Source: Octopus bimaculoides
Taxonomy: Eukaryota
Reading direction: 5' to 3'
DNA length: 41,710 bases
NCBI RefSeq assembly: GCF_001194135.2
Contig: NC_069005.1
Coordinates: forward strand, 23,225,829 to 23,267,538
Both the position numbers and the translations under genes were made by a program. Positions within the stretch are counted from its first letter, which is position 1, and every line of letters begins with the position of its first letter. Shown piece by piece: positions 23,916-37,492 of this stretch. The notes beneath the pieces were generated by a model. It was not told where the DNA came from, searched no databases, and saw only the letters and a list, made by a program, of their open reading frames with translations.

Positions 23916-24445
23916 CATCATCATCATNNNNNNNNNNNNNNNNNNNNNNNNNNNNNNNNNNNNNNNNNNNNNNNNNNNNNNNNNNNNNNNNNNNNNNNNN
24001 NNNNNNNNNNNNNNNNNNNNNNNNNNNNNNNNNNNNNNNNNNNNNNNNNNNNNNNNNNNNNNNNNNNNNNNNNNNNNNNNNNNNNNNNNNNNNNNNNNNN
24101 NNNNNNNNNNNNNNNNNNNNNNNNNNNNNNNNNNNNNNNNNNNNNNNNNNNNNNNNNNNNNNNNNNNNNNNNNNNNNNNNNNNNNNNNNNNNNNNNNNNN
24201 NNNNNNNNNNNNNNNNNNNNNNNNNNNNNNNNNNNNNNNNNNNNNNNNNNNNNNNNNNNNNNNNNNNNNNNNNNNNNNNNNNNNNNNNNNNNNNNNNNNN
24301 NNNNNNNNNNNNNNNNNNNNNNNNNNNNNNNNNNNNNNNNNNNNNNNNTTTAATAAAAAGTATATATATATATATATATATGAGAGGGAGGGAGAGAGGG
24401 GAGAGAGAGCGAAAGAGTGAAAGAGTGAGAAATGATTAATGTTAC

Positions 24446-24611
24446 CTGAGGAGGCAATCCATTGATTTGGTTATTAAATGTGACTGTAATATTGCCTGTT
24501 GATGATGGCACTAAGTTAGCAACCACTGATCCACTATTCTGATTCAGATCATAAGCACTTATTGTTTGTGGTCGGCGGCAGATTTCCATACTTTGCACAC
24601 TACTTTTGACT
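24446..24611 (-). CDS. HIPK: HIPK internal exon B (166 nt, phase 2 to 0): (I)VKSSVQSMEICRRPQTISAYDLNQNSGSVVANLVPSSTGNITVTFNNQINGLPPQ
   Basis: Acceptor ttgtttttctccag, donor CAG|gtaaca. Phase matches exon A. Resembles the HIPK post-kinase motif VKS..Q.MEIC.R...N.T.TFNNQ. Overlaps track ORF 24350..24625. Confidence 0.93.
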
Positions 24612-24804
24612 CTGGAGAAAAACAAGCAAAAACAAAAAAAAAAAAGTTTTGTGAAGAAGAAAAAAAAAAAAATCCAAAATACATAAAATCAATCATGGAA
24701 ATTTTCAACCCCTTCCATTACCATACTTTTAACAACAAAGAATATACTGCCTACCATTTTAATTAACAAAACAATTAAGAATCTGGAGAATAAAAGAATA
24801 AAAT

Positions 24805-25150
24805 CACCATCATCATCATTTAGTGTCCATTCTCCATGCTAGCATTGGTTTGATAGTCTGTCTGGAGCTGGTAAATTGGTGAGCTGCACAGGGCTCCAGT
24901 CAATTTGGCTTGATTTCTACAGCCGGATACCCTTCCTAATGCCAACCACTCCACAGAGAGTACAGGATGCTTTTTTACGTGTCACCAGTAGAAGTGCCTT
25001 TTACGTGTCACTTGCACAGGTGCATTTTACGTCTCACCAGCATGGATGCCGTTTTATGTCTCACTAGCACAAGTGCCTTTCGTTTGTCTCCAGCACTGGG
25101 CACAACTATGATTTCACTTAGCTTAACATGTCTTCTCAAGCAAAGCTAAT
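24805..25150 (-). mobile_element. SINE family A, diverged, with internal minisatellite
   Basis: CATCATCAT tail, GGATACCCTTCCTAATGCCAACCAC core, repeated GTGCCTTTTACGTGTCAC units. A similar copy lies at about 20590-20845. Confidence 0.8.
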
Positions 25151-26765
25151 CGTCAAAGGTTCCAGTCACTTATCATTGTCTCTGTGAGACTCAACATCCA
25201 CAGATCAAATTTCACCACCTCAGTGTTTGGCATGCTAATAAAGGACAAATATATAAGCATCGCTGAGGAAGTGCATGGATTAGTGGTTAGGGTGTTAGAC
25301 TCATGATCGTAAGATTGTGGTTTCAATTCCTGAACTGGGAAATGCATTGTGTTCCTGAGCAAAACACTTCATTTCACATTGCTCCAGTCCACTCAGATGG
25401 CAAAAATGAGTAATCCTGTGATGGACCGGTGTTCCATCCAGGTGGGGAATGTATATGCCATGGAAGCCGGGAAGCATTAAAATCTCGTTTCATATACAAA
25501 TTTGCAATTAATGAGGATAGCCTTGACATGGTCACTCAACACGCTTAAAATGATAGCCATATCTGCCTCTCAAAACACCTTCTCAAGTCATACTGATATA
25601 TATATCACTATGACTTGAGAAGGTACCTTTACCTCCATAAAAATCACTGCATCAAGCCAGTGTGACAGAGTAGGCTCATCCAACCAGTATGATCTCAAGC
25701 TCAAATTCATGGCCTCCACATCAAACCATGGTAGGTGGAGAGAATATGCTGAGGCCTTCGTCCCATAGTAGATGGAACATAGGTAATTTGATCCAATCTA
25801 ATATAAATATAAGTTGGTGGCTGGAATATTACTTAATCCTTTTTGATACAAATCCACCTTTGGCCATGCTGACTAATGTGTTTATATCTGAATTAAAATT
25901 TTCATCAAAATCTTATTAATGATATCATGAAATTTAGTAAAAGACATTTCATTAAATTCTTCCAAAATCTTGATTGCATTAACTTTTATCTTTACCTTGT
26001 TTCAGTCATTGGACTATGGCCATGCTGGGGCACTGTCTTAAAGGCTTTAGCCAAACAAATCAGAGTACTTTTAAAGTCAGTAGTTATTCTATTGGTATCT
26101 TTAGCTGAACTGCTAAGTTAAGGGAACATAAGCCATCACCTGTAGTCAAGTGGTGGGTGGGTGTTTGGGGGCAACACAAAGACACACACACATATGACAA
26201 GCTTCCACCCAGTTTTTGTCAACCAAATTCTCTCACAAAGCACTGGTTGGCCCAGAACTATAGAAGTGGGACTGAATCCCAAACCAGATGGTAACCTAAA
26301 GGAGCTTCTTTATAACACAGCCGAAAATTAAACATATTAGCAGTCTGTTTTTTAGAAATACAATTGCAAAAGGACAAACCAATCTCTATGTTGGTGCACA
26401 AAGTAAGATTTTTACCTGCTTTTTTTTTTTTTTTTTTTTAATGACTAATTTGTGAATGATAACATGATTAGTTTATAAGAACTTAAAAGACAGATGGATA
26501 TCTTCTGAAATTTTATGTCTTCATTAATGTAATAACAAAATTTTGATTGAAATTCTAATTGAAATTTGAACACTTTAATACAGGCTGGTGTAGACTGGTG
26601 TAGACTGGTAGTAAAAGAATTAAGTAGTGTCTAGTAATTACTTGAGAAATTAAATAGTTAATTAAGAAATAATTTATAGTTTTGCAGAAAGAAAAAATAA
26701 ACCATGATAGCAATACATTCAGGTAATGAAAGTCTGAAGCAGAGCAAACCAAAATAAAGAACTTA

Positions 26766-26969
<204 letters not shown>

Positions 26970-27694
26970 TTAGAGAGATTATGGAACCAAATGGACTGCA
27001 CATACCTAGAACAGAGAAACATCGTAGCTATCAGAAATTCTTATCTCTGATGGATGAGTAAAAACAAAAATACATTGGTTAAACACAAATAAAAAGAACA
27101 ACAATCATGTAACAATATAAGACAGGAATGTTGTATCGATATTTGGCACAGAGAAAGGTAATGAATATTCAGAGCATACAGAAAGATGTATGTTGACAAT
27201 ATCTATCACATATACAGCACCGCGTTAATATTTGTCACACAGAAATATGTGATATCAATATATATAACATAGAAAGAAATGTGTGGCATCAATATTTGTC
27301 ACATAGAAATATCTTGTGAAAATATTTATAACATAGATATCAAATAACTATTTTCACACCTCGTCTTAAACTTTATTCAACATTCACTTCTTCATTCAGC
27401 CTTATTCTCTCCAACTTTATCAATTTTGTCATTAAACCATAACACCACTCCCTACTAAACAATACCTAATGTTCTTGAATTCTCAGCTGTGTGTGTGTGC
27501 AGGCTGGTGGGGGTGTATACTAATGCTTGTTTTATGTTCAGTTACAAAAAATTTTTTACTTTAACATTAATCTGATGGGATAATTTGTAGATTACAAATT
27601 TATCATTCTTAAACAAGAATGTTGCTGACAATGAGTTTGAAGTTTCAGCCAGCTGAGTCACTATCAACATTCTTGTTTAATATATATATATACT

Positions 27695-27852
27695 CTCTGA
27701 GTGGTTGGCGTTAGGAAGGGCATCCAGCTTTAGAAACTCTGCCAAATTTAGATTGGAGCCTGGTGTTGCCATCTGGTTTCACCAGTCCTCAGTCAAATCG
27801 TCCAACCCATGCTAGCATGGAAAGCGGACATTAAACGATGATGATGATGATG

Positions 27853-27853
<1 letters not shown>
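27695..27853 (+). mobile_element. SINE family A, 5-prime truncated low-divergence copy
   Basis: About 10 differences in about 150 nt from the reverse complement of 19506-19670 (counted by eye). Confidence 0.9.
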
Positions 27854-27891
<38 letters not shown>

Positions 27892-29067
27892 TATATCGCC
27901 TGAGTATACATAGCTAGATCTCATAATGCAGGGAAACAGTTGCATTATCAAATACCTGCATACTTGGGGAACTACATTGCGTAGAAACAATTGTAGTGGT
28001 TGNNNNNNNNNNNNNNNNNNNNNNNNNNNNNNNNNNNNNNNNNNNNNNNNNNNNNNNNNNNNNNNNNNNNNNNNNNNNNNNNNNNNNNNNNNNNNNNNNN
28101 NNNNNNNNNNNNNNNNNNNNNNNNNNNNNNNNNNNNNNNNNNNNNNNNNNNNNNNNNNNNNNNNNNNNNNNNNNNNNNNNNNNNNNNNNNNNNNNNNNNN
28201 NNNNNNNNNNNNNNNNNNNNNNNNNNNNNNNNNNNNNNNNNNNNNNNNNNNNNNNNNNNNNNNNNNNNNNNNNNNNNNNNNNNNNNNNNNNNNNNNNNNN
28301 NNNNNNNNNNNNNNNNNNNNNNNNNNNNNNNNNNNNNNNNNNNNNNNNNNNNNNNNNNNNNNNNNNNNNNNNNNNNNNNNNNNNNNNNNNNNNNNNNNNN
28401 NNNNNNNNNNNNNNNNNNNNNNNNNNNNNNNNNNNNNNNNNNNNNNNNNNNNNNNNNNNNNNNNNNNNNNNNNNNNNNNNNNNNNNNNNNNNNNNNNNNN
28501 NNNNNNNNNNNNNNNNNNNNNNNNNNNNNNNNNNNNNNNNNNNNNNNNNNNNNNNNNNNNNNNNNNNNNNNNNNNNNNNNNNNNNNNNNNNNNNNNNNNN
28601 NNNNNNNNNNNNNNNNNNNNNNNNNNNNNNNNNNNNNNNNNNNNNNNNNNNNNNNNNNNNNNNNNNNNNNNNNNNNNNNNNNNNNNNNNNNNNNNNNNNN
28701 NNNNNNNNNNNNNNNNNNNNNNNNNNNNNNNNNNNNNNNNNNNNNNNNNNNNNNNNNNNNNNNNNNNNNNNNNNNNNNNNNNNNNNNNNNNNNNNNNNNN
28801 NNNNNNNNNNNNNNNNNNNNNNNNNNNNNNNNNNNNNNNNNNNNNNNNNNNNNNNNNNNNNNNNNNNNNNNNNNNNNNNNNNNNNNNNNNNNNNNNNNNN
28901 NNNNATTATATACATACATATATATATATACATATACATATACATATTATATACATACATATATATATATACATATACATATACATATTATATACATACA
29001 TATATATATATACATATACATATATATACATACATATATATATATATATATACATATACATACATAC

Positions 29068-29099
<32 letters not shown>

Positions 29100-29153
29100 A
29101 CATACATATATATATATACATATACATATATATACATATATATACATATACAT

Positions 29154-29184
<31 letters not shown>

Positions 29185-30586
29185 CACAAGTTCCTAAAGA
29201 GTCATAAGTGAAATAAAGTATATTTTGTCAGACGAGCAATTACGGGTTAAATGTTTATATAAGCCAAAACATTTATAAAATAACAATTTCATTATAGATA
29301 TTAAATGCTTCCAGAACCATACTCCATGCATTCCTTTCCATAAACTATTTGCGCAAATACATGAAACCCTACTCCTGGATATTGCAACTGTCACCAACCT
29401 TGTCAAATTCTTCTCATACTTTAAACCCCAACTCCAATCTAAGTACCAATGCACCTCAGTTTCACAGTCACCAGTTAGATTAGCATACCATCACACTCAT
29501 TCATACACAATCTAACGAAGTGATAAATTAAACAATTTTCATTCTGTTTTTGTAATCATAATAAACAAACACTTGTGTTGTTATGCCCACTTTCTCTCAC
29601 ACACAAAATCACTTCCTTTAAGCATAAGAATAAAAATGTCTTTAAATGCTCCTACTAAGAAGATCTTCCATTTTGACCTTTGTAAATGCAACAGCAAATA
29701 CTACTGACATAATACCGAGTTCTGAACAACGTCTGTCTGCTCTATTTAGCAATAAAACTAAGGCCATAGCAACAAGTGTCTGCCATACTTAACAACAAAA
29801 ACCAACTGTATAATACCAAATTCTTGGCAACAAAACCAATCCTAGTATACTGAATTCATAGCAAAATCTCTCAGCCATATTTCATCATGATTTAGGGTCC
29901 ATTTTCCATTTTAATATGGGCAAGAAGGTTTGTCTAGGGTTGGTAAGTGGAAGAGCTGCACTGGGTTCCAGAATGTTTTGGCTTGGTTTCTATTTAACAA
30001 CCACAAAACTATTCATGAAGATCCCTGATTTTTGATATTTATTCGAGCGAGCATGGAAAGCAGACGTTAAACGACGATGATGAGATCCTTGTTAAGTTCC
30101 CTTTCAATATATGTATTTTGTTTTGTCTTTCAACTGACCTATTAATGAGATTATTGTTTAACCTCAGGTCAGCCCTAATAAAGCTGACCCCTGATCAAAG
30201 ACATCCCAGACACCACTCTTTCAGACAGTGTGTATGCATACCAAAGATTGTGAGCCAACGTGTCCTTAGATGTTGATGATGTTTAGCCCCAGGTTACGTC
30301 TGGTGCAGACAGGACCTGCCAATCTCTTTTCTTTTCTAACATACTATATGATTTGAAGGAGAGTCTAGCAGGTTAAGTGACCTTCACTCTCTCACAGGAG
30401 GTAGCACCTCAGTAATAATAATTTGTGTATAACAAACCAACAAAGAAGCCTCTCTATGTTGTCACTCAACTGGCTTGAAATAACAGCAAAATTTCCCTCA
30501 GAGCATACCTGCCTATTATTATTAAAAAAAAAAAATCTAATAAAGTCCTAGATAACTGAATAAAAAACAGAACACATTTGATGAAG

Positions 30587-30697
30587 TAGTCCTAGATGCA
30601 TTGACTCTGAATAAATGACAAAAATTAGACATTGTATCTAGAACTATAATGTCTAATTTGTTTTGTCATTTATTTAGACATATTGTGTCTAGGACTA
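30587..30697. repeat. Imperfect fold-back inverted repeat, about 111 nt
   Basis: TAGTCCTAGA/TCTAGGACTA, ATAAATGACAAAA/TTTTGTCATTTAT and AATTAGACATT/AATGTCTAATT are nested around a central loop. Confidence 0.9.
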
Positions 30698-30711
30698 TAT
30701 TGTCCTAGATA

Positions 30712-31198
30712 GTGAAAGCACATGGCTCAGTGGTTAGAGCGTCAGGCTCACAATCATGCGGTAGTGAGTTCGATTCCTAGACCGGGCTGTGTGTTATGTT
30801 CTTGAGCAAGACACTTTATTTCACATTGCTGCAGTTCACCCAACTGTAGAAATGAGTTGTGATGTCATTGGTGCCAAGCTGTACTGGTATTTGCCTTTCC
30901 CTTGGGCAAACATCAGTGGCATGGAGAGGAGGGACTGGTATGCATGGGTGACTGCTGGTCTTCCAGAAACATCCTTGCCCGGACTTGTGCCTTGGAGGGT
31001 AACTTTTTAAGTGCAATCCCATGGTCATTGACGACCAAAGGTGGCTGTTTATCTTGATACGAGATCACCATGTCACGCACATATGGTTGTGATGCATGTG
31101 CCTGGTGTACCCTTATCATACAGGTAGTCATAATGGGCATACTGGGCTTCGCATATTTTACCCCAGTGTCACTTTGATGGCATGGAAACTGTTAAATC
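30712..31198 (+). mobile_element. tRNA-derived SINE family E with CORE-like domain
   Basis: A box TGGCTCAGTGG, B box GTTCGATTCC, then TTGAGCAAGACACTT...CAACTGTAGAAATGAG. A related head lies at about 25262-25480. Confidence 0.8.
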
Positions 31199-31577
31199 NN
31201 NNNNNNNNNNNNNNNNNNNNNNNNNNNNNNNNNNNNNNNNNNNNNNNNNNNNNNNNNNNNNNNNNNNNNNNNNNNNNNNNNNNNNNNNNNNNNNNNNNNN
31301 NNNNNNNNNNNNNNNNNNNNNNNNNNNNNNNNNNNNNNNNNNNNNNNCTCTCTCTCTCTCTCACACACACACACATACACACGCACACGCTTCTGCAGAG
31401 TCTGTTAACCAAACTTTCCACTAATGCACTGGTTAATCTGACGCAATGACTGAAGGCAAACTGCCCGAGGTGCCATGTAGGATTGTATAGGAAAAGAATT
31501 ATAACAAAGGCGAGATTAATTAATCCACAACGAATAATTATTTATGCAAACTGGACAATCTCTAGGATTAAACACAA

Positions 31578-31624
<47 letters not shown>

Positions 31625-31814
31625 GGTTTTAGAAGCAGTAGTAGTAGAATTGCTGAAAATAAGATTCGTACACTGACAGATCAAAAAAGCAGATACAGAA
31701 GTGTAATTAGAAAATAACGAAATGCTGACAACAGCTTGTTGTTTGTAGTAGAGGCAATGTTCTGTGGTGGTAGTTGACATTTGATGATATTCAGTAAGGC
31801 TGATGAAAGAGATA

Positions 31815-32034
31815 CAAGGGTGTGCTGAAAAGTTCCTGGCTTTGGGTAAAAGAAACTACAGGAGAATCAGTTAATTACGATTTTATTCAACGTATTCCCT
31901 TCTCAGATTCACATACTTATTTCAGTGGTCCTTTAGTTTTTCTAAGCCCTATAAAGGAACTCAGAAGGTTGAGCCTCCAACAGGGCCTTTTGCAATACAC
32001 TTAAAGCCAGGAACTTTTCAGCACCCCGCCCTTG
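31815..32034 (-). mobile_element. Mariner-derived MITE, copy 3
   Basis: Same TIRs as 2683-2894, interior inverted, preceded by TA. Confidence 0.85.
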
Positions 32035-32045
32035 TGTGTGTGTGT

Positions 32046-32077
<32 letters not shown>

Positions 32078-32078
<1 letters not shown>

Positions 32079-32292
32079 AAGTAGGACTGAAAAGTTCCTG
32101 GCTTTGGGTAAGAGAAAATACAGTAGGATAAGTTAATCATGATTTTATTTAACATATTCCCCTCTCAGATTCACACCCTTAGTGCAGCAGTTCTTCAGTT
32201 TTTCTAAGCCCTGTAAAAGAACTCAGAAGTTGGGCCTCCAACCAGGCCTTTCGTGATACCCTTAAAGCCAGGAACTTTTCAACACTCCCTCA
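32078..32292 (-). mobile_element. Mariner-derived MITE, copy 4
   Basis: Direct repeat of copy 3 after a (TG)n spacer; ends CCCTCA-TA. Confidence 0.85.
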
Positions 32293-32864
32293 TACATAAA
32301 TTGTAATGTCATGCATAACTGAAGGTAAAAGTCTGGCTTTTATTTTCTCTTTTTTTTTTGACATTCTATTTTGTGAACAATAANNNNNNNNNNNNNNNNN
32401 NNNNNNNNNNNNNNNNNNNNNNNNNNNNNNNNNNNNNNNNNNNNNNNNNNNNNNNNNNNNNNNNNNNNNNNNNNNNNNNNNNNNNNNNNNNNNNNNNNNN
32501 NNNNNNNNNNNNNNNNNNNNNNNNNNNNNNNNNNNNNNNNNNNNNNNNNNNNNNNNNNNNNNNNNNNNNNNNNNNNNNNNNNNNNNNNNNNNNNNNNNNN
32601 NNNNNNNNNNNNNNNNNNNNNNNNNNNNNNNNNNNNNNNNNNNNNNNNNNNNNNNNNNNNNNNNNNNNNNNNNNNNNNNNNNNNNNNNNNNNNNNNNNNN
32701 NNNNNNNNNNNNNNNNNNNNNNNNNNNNNNNGGCATGGGCATGGTTGTGATTAAGAAACTTATTTTGCAACCACATGGTTTCTAATTTGGTGCCACTGTG
32801 TGAGTGAATTTGTAGATGAAAACTGTGGAAGCATTTGAGTCTGTACATATTTGTATGTATGTGG

Positions 32865-32921
<57 letters not shown>

Positions 32922-33664
32922 TATACATACACACTCATATATATATGTATGTTTGTGTCCCCAACCAATTGTTTGAGAATAGTGTTGATTTGTTTACATT
33001 CTTGATTTGGTGGTTTGGCAAGAAAAATCAACAGAATAAGGAGCAGGCTTAAAATAAGCACTGGGGAGGGGAGAATCAACTTATTCAATTAAACCCTTCG
33101 GGGCAGTGCCACAGCATGGCCACAATCCAAAAGTACATACTACCCATGCATGTTCGTATATGATTGCCTCTCACACATTTTCCAAACTGTAAAAATTCTA
33201 TTCACAAAGCATTATTTAACAGATAGGAGACACTTATCCGGTGACACAGCCTCTACATTGTTACCAGAACTGCTAAAAATAGCCACTAAATCCACCTCAA
33301 ACCAAACACTTACAGGCTTAGAAAAAAACATGTTGCATAATGTGGTTGTGAGTTCCTACATTTAACACAGGATAGTCACGACTGGAATGTCTTAATCATG
33401 TCTGCTTCATCAAAATTATCAAAATTTGTCTAAAGTGATACACAGTGAACCTGAAAACATGGGGGTTTTTATCCACCCAGTCATGAAGACACAATCACAA
33501 TTGTCAGGAACCCCAGTCAGATTATGGGTGAACCTAAATTTTATTGGAACTAACTTCAAAGTAGGTGTTGACCCGTTTAACTTTTTCTTTTTTCAGAACT
33601 TAGTTGGGAGTGAGGATAGATATAATTAAATAATTATATCTACCCCCCCCCAAAAAAAAAGAGT

Positions 33665-33956
33665 TTAACCCTTTAACATTCAAGTTACTCAGTAAAATAT
33701 AATGCATAATTTATTCACACTCTTTTCAATTAATCATGCATTACCTCATAGTTTTGAAATTTTGATGATGTTATTATTTTATTTGTTTGTCATTTCACTG
33801 CAGCCATGCTGGAGCACCACCTTTAGTTGAAGAAATCGACCCCAAGATTTATTCTTTGTAAGATCAGTCTCTCTTGCTGAACCGCTAAGTTATGGCAACA
33901 TAAATGCACTAACATCAGTTGTCAAGCGCTGTTGAGAGGTGGGAGGACGAACACAG

Positions 33957-33992
<36 letters not shown>

Positions 33993-34320
33993 GCAACGGG
34001 CTTCTTTCAGTTTCCGTCTACCAAAACCACTTACAATGCTTTGGTCAGACTGAGGCTATAGTAGAAGACACCTGCCCCAGGTGCCACACAGTGGGACAGA
34101 ACCTGGAACCATGTGGTTGGGAAGCAAGCTTCTTTATTTCATAAAATTGGTTATGCAGCCTTACAAAGATGAAGAAGCAAGCTTCTTCCCACACAGCTGT
34201 GCCTGCACCTACCTTTATTTTTAGAACGACATTGTAGGATAGGTGTAAGAGGTCAGATCTAGACAGGTTCAACATAAAACAGGTAGAATATTTGGCCAGA
34301 TATGGCCACACTAAATGGTT
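33665..34320 (+). mobile_element. TTAA-type MITE split by a family C SINE (about 33783-34211, minus)
   Basis: Left half starts TTAACCCTTTAACATTCA. The right half resumes TTTATTTTTAGAACGACATTGTAGG...TTTGGCCAGATATGGCC after the SINE. Confidence 0.7.
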
Positions 34321-34734
34321 TATAGTTGATGTGTTATGCTGGTTACTATTTTTGAGGTTTCTCAGACCTCATTATGCATAACTATGATCACTGTCATTAC
34401 AACCTCAACCATCCAAATCAGTGATGTTTACCTAAAAATTTAATTATCAAACATGCCATTGCCATTTTTTCTTTGAAGATGGAAGTGTGAGCTGAGGGAG
34501 ATTTGGCTGCTCTTTCTAGCGTATCAAGCAACGACAAGTTCTTACAGGCCATGTGCTTCCCTCAACAATGTGCATCTAAAATCAGCAGATATATTCTTTT
34601 TTTTTTTTACTGTTCCAGTCACTGCCTTCAAGGATTTTTTCTTTTCATTTTTTTTTATCAATCACATAGACCTCCCCGCCCAACTACTTTATTTCAGTTT
34701 AGTGTTCATTTTATCAAACACTAATTTTTATGCT

Positions 34735-35071
34735 ACATAAACCGTCATGGCACCTGAGCCCAGCATCGCCTTCCTGGCACGTGTAAAGACATCCGAGCGA
34801 GATCGTTGCCAGTGCCGCTGAACTGGCTCCTGTGCATGTGGCATGTAAAATACACCATTTTGAGTGTGGTCATTGCCAGTACCACCTGGCTGGCCTTCGT
34901 GCTGGTGGCACGTAAAAGCACCCATTACACTCTCGGAGTGGTTGGCGTTAGGAAGGGCATCCAGCTGTAGAAACTCTGCCGAATCAGATTGGTGCCTGGT
35001 GTCTCCTCCTGGTCTACCAGTCCTCAGTGAAATCGTCCAACCCATGCTAGCATGGAAAGCGGACGTTAAAC

Positions 35072-35111
<40 letters not shown>
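34735..35111 (+). mobile_element. SINE family A, low-divergence copy with long (GAT)n tail
   Basis: Inverted homolog of 19505-19880; about 13 GAT units. Confidence 0.9.
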
Positions 35112-35113
<2 letters not shown>

Positions 35114-35117
35114 AACA

Positions 35118-35335
35118 TTAACCCTTTAGCAATCAGATTATTCTGTCAAATGTAATGCTTATTTATTCACTGTTTTAAATTAATCATGCATTGTTTCACG
35201 ACTTTGAAACTTTGATACGGTCGTTAATCTTTAAGAGTGACAATGTAGAATAGGTCCGAGAGGCTGGATGTGGTCAATTTGCACAATAAAATGGATAAAA
35301 TATTTGGGATGCAAATGGCCAGTTTAAATGCTACA
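35118..35335 (+). mobile_element. TTAA-type MITE (termini TTAACCCTTTAGCA... / ...GTTTAAATGCTA)
   Basis: Other copies lie near 5700-5915 and 11610-11725 (minus) and 36444-36632 and 39915-40148 (plus). Confidence 0.75.
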
Positions 35336-35980
35336 GAATTTTTTTTTTTAATCGCTAAACTTCTTTTATATAACACTGTTAATTTAGTGTTTATAGAATC
35401 AGGTTTGTTTTCTCTGTAACAACTGCTCAGTCTGAACTAATACAATACTTGAAAATCTGAAGATGTCCCTTTAGTTATAATATTAGACTCAGCTATGTCA
35501 CACTCACTCGATTTTCAATGAGAGTTATGTAAAAACTATTTTATCAGGTTCATGATGTAATTCAGATGTCTCTTCTAGTTTATTGTCACTCAAGCTATTA
35601 CGTAACTCCAGAGACAGCCTTCAAGTGTTATCTGGCACACAAAAACTAAAATAAATGAGATTTATACAAGTCGTTTGGCAACCAATGAAGTAATGTGAAC
35701 TGTTTGGGGAAGATAGGCTCAGATAAAAGTCTATCTAGACTATATAAAATGTCAGTGGCTTCTCTGATTTCCCTGTAATTTCTAAGAACAAACAATAAAT
35801 TAACAAATAAATAATGTAAGCACTACAAAATACAGGTGTGAATAAGCATATTTAAAATACAGGTGTGAATATGTGTGTGTGCATATATAAAGTGTATATA
35901 TGCATGTATGTATTTGTACACACCCATACACGTATATATACTTTTCTTCTCATTCCACCTTTATATGTGTGTAATATATA

Positions 35981-36031
<51 letters not shown>

Positions 36032-36047
36032 CTACTCATTCTACTTT

Positions 36048-36102
<55 letters not shown>

Positions 36103-36934
36103 CATCATCATCATTATTTATATATACATATACTTTTCTTCCTTCGCCTTCCACTTTATATATATATATATATTCACATATATAAATGGGAGTAAAGCAG
36201 GTTTTTAAGTGTATTTTGAATTGAGTATAAATGGATACGAAATCCTAATGAAGTGAAAAAAGATATATGGGTAGTGGCTCCCCACTGTAGAGTATCAGAT
36301 ACTCTACTGGGTACAGCAAAAACCCTGTACTTACATACAAATGTCTAAGAGGAAAATGTTAAAAAAAATCCATGCATAAATGTATGGTTCCAAAAATGAG
36401 TTTGCAATGCATTATTCCAGGTTCAAACCCAATTCACAACCCCTTAACTCCGTAGCATTTAGATTACTTTGTCAAATGTCATACTTATTTTATTTATTCA
36501 CATTGTTTTGAATTAATCATAGATTATCTCGTAGCTTTGAGATTTCGATGACAAGACTGCTTATTTTGAGAGTGATATTATAAGGTAAGTGTGAAAGGCC
36601 AGATCTAGCCAGTTTAAATGACAAAGAGTTAAGCAAATGCCTTCTACTGTAACTTAAGAGAGACCAATACTTTGTGAATGGGATTCAGTAGGTGGGACGT
36701 GTGAAAAAGTCTATGGAGTGTGAATACGAGAAGACTTGGGCAGCACATGTCCTCTTTCAAATGGAGGGACAAGGAAAACTCCAGCTCCTTATCCCATTTC
36801 ATCAGGAGACTCTAGGACCAAGTAAATTATTTCCCCAACATCTCATGGAACATCCTCGATACCTTCCATACTTTCTTGAAGTTTGTAATTGCTAACTCTG
36901 TTTCTGAGAAAAAAAATAGATACATATATGTATA

Positions 36935-37458
36935 TGATGTGGATGTGTAGTTAAGAAACTTGCTTGCCAACCACATGATCCAGGGTTCAGTCCCACTGTG
37001 TGGCACCTTGGGCAAATGCCTAGTACTATATATAGCCTCAGGCCAAGCAAACCCTTGGGAGTGGGTTTGGTAGAGAGAAACTGAAAGAACCCAGTCCTAT
37101 ATATATNNNNNNNNNNNNNNNNNNNNNNNNNNNNNNNNNNNNNNNNNNNNNNNNNNNNNNNNNNNNNNNNNNNNNNNNNNNNNNNNNNNNNNNNNNNNNN
37201 NNNNNNNNNNNNNNNNNNNNNNNNNNNNNNNNNNNNNNNNNNNNNNNNNNNNNNNNNNNNNNNNNNNNNNNNNNNNNNNNNNNNNNNNNNNNNNNNNNNN
37301 NNNNNNNNNNNNNNNNNNNNNNNNNNNNNNNNNNNNNNNNNNNNNNNNNNNNNNNNNNNNNNNNNNNNNNNNNNNNNNNNNNNNNNNNNNTGAATTGCTC
37401 GACTAAAGGCGGTGCTCCAGCATGGCCGCAGTCAAATGACTGAAACAAGTAAAAGAGA
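36935..37458 (+). mobile_element. SINE family C spanning an N gap
   Basis: Head before and tail after the 37107-37390 gap. Confidence 0.8.

Positions 37459-37492
<34 letters not shown>

Noticed and set aside
27956-28002. Donor-like CAG|gtattt after TTIVSTQCSSPSMQ at the edge of a gap
   Set aside because: The exon preceding A should end in a ...FNCLDD..Q-type sequence; this peptide does not resemble it.
30716-30790. tRNA-like sequences here and at 39412-39485
   Set aside because: They have A/B boxes but the anticodon and acceptor stems do not pair. Both continue into SINE bodies.
35825-35871. Short direct duplication of AAAATACAGGTGTGAATA
   Set aside because: Ordinary slippage duplication in AT-rich intron.
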